Shown here: positions 58,756 to 64,000 of the stretch, one piece after another | Layout: each line of letters begins with the position of its first letter | Numbering within the stretch: the stretch's first letter is position 1 | Assembly: GCA_945898275.1 (NCBI GenBank) | Contig: CAMDHZ010000002.1 | Location: forward strand, 5,007 to 69,006 | Length of the DNA stretch: 64,000 bases | Origin: Chitinophaga pinensis | GTDB lineage: Bacteria; Bacteroidota; Bacteroidia; UKL13-3 | Direction: 5' to 3' | Translations under genes and position numbers: made by a program | Notes under the pieces: model-generated | Database searches by the model: none | What the model was told of the DNA's origin: nothing | The model's input: the letters and a program-made list of their open reading frames with translations, nothing else

Positions 58756-60243
58756 CTATTTAATAAGACCAAACTCCTTAAAAATCTGATTTGCTGCTAC
58801 TTTCCCACTAATAATACTTGGAGGCACACCAGGTCCGGGTACAGTTAGTTGTCCTGCAAAAAATAAATTATCCAATTTCTTAGATTTTAAACTTGGCTTT
58901 AAGATTGCGGTTTGATCCAAAGTATTTGCTAATCCGTATGCATTTCCTTTGAAAGCGTAATAATCACTTACAAAATTGCTTACCGAGTAAGTCTTAACAT
59001 AGCAAATATCATTTGCAAAACTTACACCTGTTTGCTTTTCAATACGTGCTATCATTTCATCAAAATACTTTCTACGTATTGCTTCATCATCTCCCTTTAA
59101 ACCTGGTGCTATAGGGATTAGTAAAAATAAGTTTTCTTTTCCTTCAGGTGCAACTGTTTTATCTGTTACAGAAGGTGCAGATGCATAAAAAAGAGGTTTC
59201 TCAGGCCATTTTGGCGTTGTGTAAATTTCTTTAGAGTGTAAATTAAAATCAGTATCAAAATAGAGGTTGTGGTGTAAAAGACCTTTTATTTTTTTGTTGA
59301 CCCCAACATAATATAACAAACAAGAGGGTGCTAATTTTCTGCTGTCCCAATAGGCTGGAGAATAAGATTGGTATTTCTTTTCTATAACGTTTTGATCCAA
59401 ATGATGATAGTCGCCTGCGCCCACAACTACGTCTGCTTCATAAGAATCTGTTGAAGTATTTACGCCTATAATTTTTGAACCTGAATAATTAAAACTAGTT
59501 ACATCTTGGTTCAAACCGAATTTTACGCCTTGCTTTTTAGCCACTTTCTCAAAGGCTTCGATAATTTTATACATTCCTCCCATTGGATACCAAGTGCCTA
59601 AATCCATATCTGCATAGTTCATCAAGCTGTAAAGTGCAGGAGTGTTTTGCGGTAAAGCGCCAAGAAATAAAACAGGAAACTCCAATAATTCCTGCAAAAA
59701 CGGATGTTTAACTGTTTTCTTCACATGACTTCTCATATTTGTGAGAACATCCATTTTTAGCAATCCTTTAAGCAATCTAATGTCTGCAAATTCCAATAAA
59801 CTTAAACTTGGCTTATACACTAAATCATTGATTCCAACTTCATATTTGTAGGCTGCTTCCTTTAAAAACGTTCTTAATTTTAGCGCACTTCCTGGCTCAA
59901 TTTTTTCAAAAAGCGCTTCAAGCTCTAATTTATCGGCAGGAATTTCTATTGCTTCACCTTGCTTATTGACAACACTATAGCTTGGGTCAAGCCTTCTTAA
60001 ATCATAAAAGTCTGAAGTTGTAAAACCAAAATTATTATAGAACTTTTCAAAGACATCTGGCATCCAGTACCAACTTGGACCCATATCAAACGTAAATCCC
60101 TCTTGAGAAAACTGCCTAGCTCTTCCCCCTAAACTTGCATTTTTTTCAAGCAAGGTAACCTCAAAACCTCCTTTTGCAAGGTAACATGCAGCAGAAAGAC
60201 CTGCTACTCCTCCACCGATTACAATTGCCTTTTTACTGCTCAT
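58756..60243 (-). CDS. crtI: Phytoene desaturase (CrtI family)
   Basis: 495 aa. N-terminal FAD dinucleotide fold AIVIGGGVAGLSAACYLAKGGFEVTLLEKNASLGGRA and FDMGPSWYWMPDVFE (the CrtI-type motif). Confidence 0.85.
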   Translation of the reverse strand: MSSKKAIVIGGGVAGLSAACYLAKGGFEVTLLEKNASLGGRARQFSQEGFTFDMGPSWYWMPDVFEKFYNNFGFTTSDFYDLRRLDPSYSVVNKQGEAIEIPADKLELEALFEKIEPGSALKLRTFLKEAAYKYEVGINDLVYKPSLSLLEFADIRLLKGLLKMDVLTNMRSHVKKTVKHPFLQELLEFPVLFLGALPQNTPALYSLMNYADMDLGTWYPMGGMYKIIEAFEKVAKKQGVKFGLNQDVTSFNYSGSKIIGVNTSTDSYEADVVVGAGDYHHLDQNVIEKKYQSYSPAYWDSRKLAPSCLLYYVGVNKKIKGLLHHNLYFDTDFNLHSKEIYTTPKWPEKPLFYASAPSVTDKTVAPEGKENLFLLIPIAPGLKGDDEAIRRKYFDEMIARIEKQTGVSFANDICYVKTYSVSNFVSDYYAFKGNAYGLANTLDQTAILKPSLKSKKLDNLFFAGQLTVPGPGVPPSIISGKVAANQIFKEFGLIK

Positions 60244-60247
60244 ATCT

Positions 60248-62701
60248 TTAGTATTCTAGAATAAAACCAAAAGTAGGAAGAAAAGTTGTGTTTGTATTAT
60301 CTAAAACAACTGGAATGGCATTACTACCATTTGGTTGAATAGCATTCCCATCTGTGGTAGCCCAACCAGTGTTTGTGGCATTTCTTTCAAAAACATAAGA
60401 AGGATATGCTTGTTGAGGAGATTGAAGCAAATTTTGGATATCGATGAACAGGTCTAAGGTAACTCTTTTGTAGTTAAACTTTTTATCTATTCTAATATCC
60501 ACTTGCTGAAATGCACCTAATCTTTGTTGGTTCAACCTTGAAAAATCTAAAATGCCACTTCCAGTGCTTAAATAGCTCGCTCTAGAGGCATCTAAATTAA
60601 ATGGTGTATACGGCGAACCACCTGCCAATCTATATTTTGCACCTATTTCCCAACCCTTCTTAAATTTATAACCAAGAATGGTTGAAACCAAATGACGGTT
60701 ATCCCAAGCTGATGCAATCAACCGACCATCAGCACCGCTAAACTTGCTCACGAACCAAGTATAGGAGAAAGTAGCAAAAAAACTTTTAGTTAATTTTTGC
60801 TGAAAGAAAAACTCAAAACCATAAACACGACCTTTCCCAATAGAAAGTGTTGGTTCATTTCCTAAAATTCCAAAATCTACCCCTTGGTTGGCTAATGATA
60901 TTCCATTTTGAACAGATACTGGATAATTTCCATATTGTTTGAAAAAACCTTCCACTGTGATACGAGTATTATTTGTAGGCAAAAACTCAACTCCACCCAC
61001 ATAATGATCACTCGAAATGTACTTGTTGTCTTTATTTACAAATGTTCCAGCATTGTTTCTAAATCCTAAAATAGGGTAAATTGGTATTTTATAATATCGA
61101 CCTATTGATGCATTTAAATTCCATTTATCATTAAGCGCATAAGAAGCGGATAATCGTGGAGACAATGTTTGAAGCGGATTTAACCCCTCAGTAGTAAATG
61201 AGTTAACATCTGTTCTTACCCCAAAATTCAAATTTAATCTGTCATTTAAAACCCTTCTAGATACTTCTGCAAATAAACCACCTTTAAAAAATTCAATGGC
61301 AGAATTGTAATTTATGGTTAATGGCGGAACGATTTGATTACCCGATGAATCAAAAGTTCCATTGTTAATTTTGCTAAAAGTGGCATTATTATATTTTACA
61401 TACTGAAACATGCCTCCATAGGCATACTTCCATTTGCCTTGAAACTTATTGATATCTAATCTTAACTTATTTTCTATTTCTTGAGACCTAACCTTAAAGG
61501 CTCTAAAATTTTCATCATTTTCTTTACCATCTTCCCATCTATCTAATGCATTGTTAAACATATTACGACTAACAGATAAATTCATATAACCTTTGCTAAT
61601 CCTTCTTTTTAAAACAGCTCCCATGGTATAATTCCACTGGTTGATATTGGGACTTTCTCTTAACTGATACTCCTTTTCTGGCGTAGATTCTTCTGGAATG
61701 GCAAACTTAAAATTATCAATAGCACCAACACCTAATGTAGTGAGTGTTGTTTTCTCGTTTATTTTGGTTGTTGTTTTATATTGAAAATCCCAATAACTTG
61801 GACGAATAGGTAAATCCAAAAAAACAAATAAAAACTGCAGATAGCTTCTTCGTGCCGAGGCCAAAAATGTTGTATTTTTTGTGAGCGGACCATCCAAAGT
61901 TATTGCAGCCTCTGAAGCACTAAGCCTTAAATTCCCTTGCAATCTTTCTTCATTACCATCTTTTTGTTTGAAGTTAAAAACCGAAGAAAGTGGATTATCT
62001 ATTCGAACGCCAAAAGAACTAGAACTTAAAGTAACGTCTTGAATAAAACTAACATTTAAAATTCCTTGTGGACCACCAGAACTTCCTTGTGTGGCAAAAT
62101 GATTAATAACTGGAATCTCGATTCCATCTAAATAAAATACATTTTCATTAGGGCCTCCTCCTCTAATTATAATGTCATTTCTAAACGCTGCTCCTCCAGT
62201 ATTACCGCCAACTCCTGGCAATGCCTGAATTACCCTAGAAATATCAAAATTACCTCCTGGGTTACTTTTTATCTCCTCTGCAGTTAAATTTTGGATTGAA
62301 AGTGGTGTTTCTGTTTTCTTCTCAAAGGTTCTAGTTTGAACCAAAACCTCACCTAAACTATTAGATGCAGGCTCCAATTCGATATTGAATGTAGAAATGT
62401 TTCCAGAATTAATTACAATATTGAAAATGGTCTTAGAAGCATAACCAACATATTGAATCAATAAATTGTAGGATTTAGTTGGAATCCCTTTAATTACAAA
62501 TTTACCCTCAGCATCTGTTTGAGCGCCTAAAGTTGTTCCTTGCAAGATAACTGTCGCACCAATTAATGACTCTTGTGTATTTTTATCTATCACCTTACCT
62601 GTAATGGTGCCCAATCCTTGTGCGTTTATTGCATAAGGTAGCGCAAGCACCAGAATACATAACAGATTGCTCTTTAAGAATTTTTGGATGAATTGTTTCA
62701 T
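60248..62701 (-). CDS. TonB-dependent receptor with N-terminal carboxypeptidase-regulatory-like (CarbopepD_reg) domain
   Basis: 817 aa. Signal peptide, then TITGKVIDKNTQESLIGATVIL (CarbopepD_reg), a plug domain, and a C-terminal beta-barrel ending ...GFILEY. Confidence 0.85.
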   Translation of the reverse strand: MKQFIQKFLKSNLLCILVLALPYAINAQGLGTITGKVIDKNTQESLIGATVILQGTTLGAQTDAEGKFVIKGIPTKSYNLLIQYVGYASKTIFNIVINSGNISTFNIELEPASNSLGEVLVQTRTFEKKTETPLSIQNLTAEEIKSNPGGNFDISRVIQALPGVGGNTGGAAFRNDIIIRGGGPNENVFYLDGIEIPVINHFATQGSSGGPQGILNVSFIQDVTLSSSSFGVRIDNPLSSVFNFKQKDGNEERLQGNLRLSASEAAITLDGPLTKNTTFLASARRSYLQFLFVFLDLPIRPSYWDFQYKTTTKINEKTTLTTLGVGAIDNFKFAIPEESTPEKEYQLRESPNINQWNYTMGAVLKRRISKGYMNLSVSRNMFNNALDRWEDGKENDENFRAFKVRSQEIENKLRLDINKFQGKWKYAYGGMFQYVKYNNATFSKINNGTFDSSGNQIVPPLTINYNSAIEFFKGGLFAEVSRRVLNDRLNLNFGVRTDVNSFTTEGLNPLQTLSPRLSASYALNDKWNLNASIGRYYKIPIYPILGFRNNAGTFVNKDNKYISSDHYVGGVEFLPTNNTRITVEGFFKQYGNYPVSVQNGISLANQGVDFGILGNEPTLSIGKGRVYGFEFFFQQKLTKSFFATFSYTWFVSKFSGADGRLIASAWDNRHLVSTILGYKFKKGWEIGAKYRLAGGSPYTPFNLDASRASYLSTGSGILDFSRLNQQRLGAFQQVDIRIDKKFNYKRVTLDLFIDIQNLLQSPQQAYPSYVFERNATNTGWATTDGNAIQPNGSNAIPVVLDNTNTTFLPTFGFILEY

Positions 62702-62911
62702 TTGTATAAAATCATTTTAATAAACATAATGCATTTTGGTACAAATTTGTTTTAGTTGTGTCAAATTTTTTTCAGATTTAGAATAATGTCACCTTTTTGT
62801 AAAATAATTATGCAATTATTATATTGATTTTCTTGATGTTAGGAAATTTTAACCTATTAGAGTAAAAACAATTAGTCCGATTTTGTACTTAATATAAAAT
62901 ATCAAATAAAA

Positions 62912-63538
62912 ATGGACAAGTTTCAATTGATAAAAATACTCATAGAGGAAGTTGAGCAATGTGAGGCACGAATGGGAGATAATTTATCCATTGAGGCCTT
63001 TAGTGGTTTTTTATGCGAAAAATTAAATAAAACACAGCATAGAGCCACTACAATTAATAGTGTTCAACACAAAGACAGCGAAATTGCCAGACTTGTAACA
63101 ACTCTTAATAGATATGCAAGGCTTTATTTTAAGGTTATTTTAGAAAAAGAAGAAACCCAAAATTTGGATGAATTAATTTTTCTTATCATTCTGATGGAAT
63201 ATGGCGAACTCAGCAAAACAGAACTCATCACGCATGCTGTATCAGAAAAAACTACAGGAATGGAAATCCTCAAAAGAATGGAGCAAAATGGTTTAGTTAA
63301 CTCAATTGTAAATCCTAATGATGGTAGAAGCAGGTTGATAAAGATTTCTGAAAAAGGAACGATAGTTATTCATAAACTGTTTCCTTTAATGGAAAAAGTA
63401 AGTAGGTTGATAGGTGGCAACCTTACTGCAAAAGAAAAGGACACTTTGTTTGAGATTTTAAAGAAATTAGATGATTTTCACAAACCAATATACCTAAAGG
63501 GTACTCAAAAAGATTGGCTTAATGAAGAAATTAAATGA
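62912..63538 (+). CDS. MarR-family winged-helix transcriptional regulator (with about 60-aa N-terminal extension)
   Basis: ELSKTELITHAVSEKTTGMEILKRMEQNGLVNSIVNPNDGRSRLIKISEKG matches the MarR recognition helix plus D-x-R-x5-L-T-x2-G wing. Confidence 0.65.
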   Translation: MDKFQLIKILIEEVEQCEARMGDNLSIEAFSGFLCEKLNKTQHRATTINSVQHKDSEIARLVTTLNRYARLYFKVILEKEETQNLDELIFLIILMEYGELSKTELITHAVSEKTTGMEILKRMEQNGLVNSIVNPNDGRSRLIKISEKGTIVIHKLFPLMEKVSRLIGGNLTAKEKDTLFEILKKLDDFHKPIYLKGTQKDWLNEEIK

Positions 63539-64000
63539 TAATTCTGTAGCTATTGTTGGTTCGGGTATAGCCGGATTAGCAGTAGCAATAAGGTTGGCAG
63601 TAAAAGGATTTACTGTAAACGTTTTTGAGGCAAATGCTTATCCTGGTGGCAAATTAAGTGTTTTTGAAAACAATGGATATAGGTTTGACGCTGGGCCTTC
63701 TTTGTTTACTATGCCTCAATTAGTTGAAGAGTTATTGCTCTTAGCTGGAAAAAACCCAATTACATGTTTTCCTTATATAAAATTAGAAAAAGGATGTCAT
63801 TACTTTTATGAAGATGGTACAAAACTAATTGCGTATCAAGACTCTCAAAAATTTGCTAATGAGATAGAAAGCAAGCTTGGGGTTGATCCAAATAAAGTTT
63901 TAAAATACCTTGAAAAGGCAAAATATAGATATGAAATAACTGCACCTCTTTTTTTAGAAAAAAGCTTACATAAGTTGGGTAACTTCCTTAGAAAAGAAAC
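63522..64000 (+). CDS. CrtI-family carotenoid desaturase, 5' partial (runs off window)
   Basis: Not in the ORF track because it has no stop in the window. ATG at 63522 gives MKKLNDNSVAIVGSGIAGLAVAIRLAVKGFTVNVFEANAYPGGKLSVFENNGYRFDAGPSLFTMPQLVEELLLLAGKNP... (FAD dinucleotide fold plus CrtI/CrtD-type FDAGPS motif). Overlaps the MarR 3' end by 17 nt. Confidence 0.7.
   Translation, partial: MKKLNDNSVAIVGSGIAGLAVAIRLAVKGFTVNVFEANAYPGGKLSVFENNGYRFDAGPSLFTMPQLVEELLLLAGKNPITCFPYIKLEKGCHYFYEDGTKLIAYQDSQKFANEIESKLGVDPNKVLKYLEKAKYRYEITAPLFLEKSLHKLGNFLRKE

Noticed and set aside
1-64000. Search for tRNA/rRNA genes, CRISPR arrays, IS elements, integrases and phage genes
   Set aside because: No intergenic region has tRNA-like GC-rich structure or a GGTTCGAATCC-type T-loop. 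No direct-repeat arrays, transposase/integrase ORFs or terminal inverted repeats were seen. All large ORFs are accounted for by chromosomal functions.

Overview
This window is a 64 kb chromosomal segment from a low-GC member of the Bacteroidota, probably Flavobacteriia or Sphingobacteriia-like. The assignment rests on T9SS C-terminal sorting domains, a TonB-dependent receptor, RpoN, carotenoid genes, TAnnTTTG-type promoters, frequent ATGA/TAATG gene overlaps and many TTG/GTG starts. Most of the content is housekeeping: uvrA, hflX, dut, rpoN, comF, gpx, ispH, panD, the rplM-rpsI and rpsB-tsf-pyrH blocks, dxs, metK, an M1 aminopeptidase, and an idi/crtB/crtI carotenoid locus. I found no rRNA, tRNA, CRISPR array, transposase, integrase or phage genes. 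Four regions are less ordinary. (1) A translationally coupled GT2 / methyltransferase / GT-C+TPR module at 7.5-12.2 kb resembles a lipid-phosphate-sugar dependent periplasmic glycosylation system, TMTC/PMT-like. (2) A FIST sensor, an orphan 1292-aa multi-PAS histidine kinase and an ATGA-coupled Kazal-domain T9SS cargo protein lie at 36.4-42.0 kb. (3) A Fic-like protein with a degenerate active site and a C-terminal wHTH sits convergent with a DUF2795 gene. (4) The carotenoid locus has an embedded TonB-dependent receptor, a MarR-type regulator overlapping a second crtI-family gene, and an unknown coupled ORF. A 278-nt GC-enriched leader upstream of metK is a riboswitch candidate that I could not confirm by eye. 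All functional calls come from motif recognition in the supplied translations, with no database searches run.
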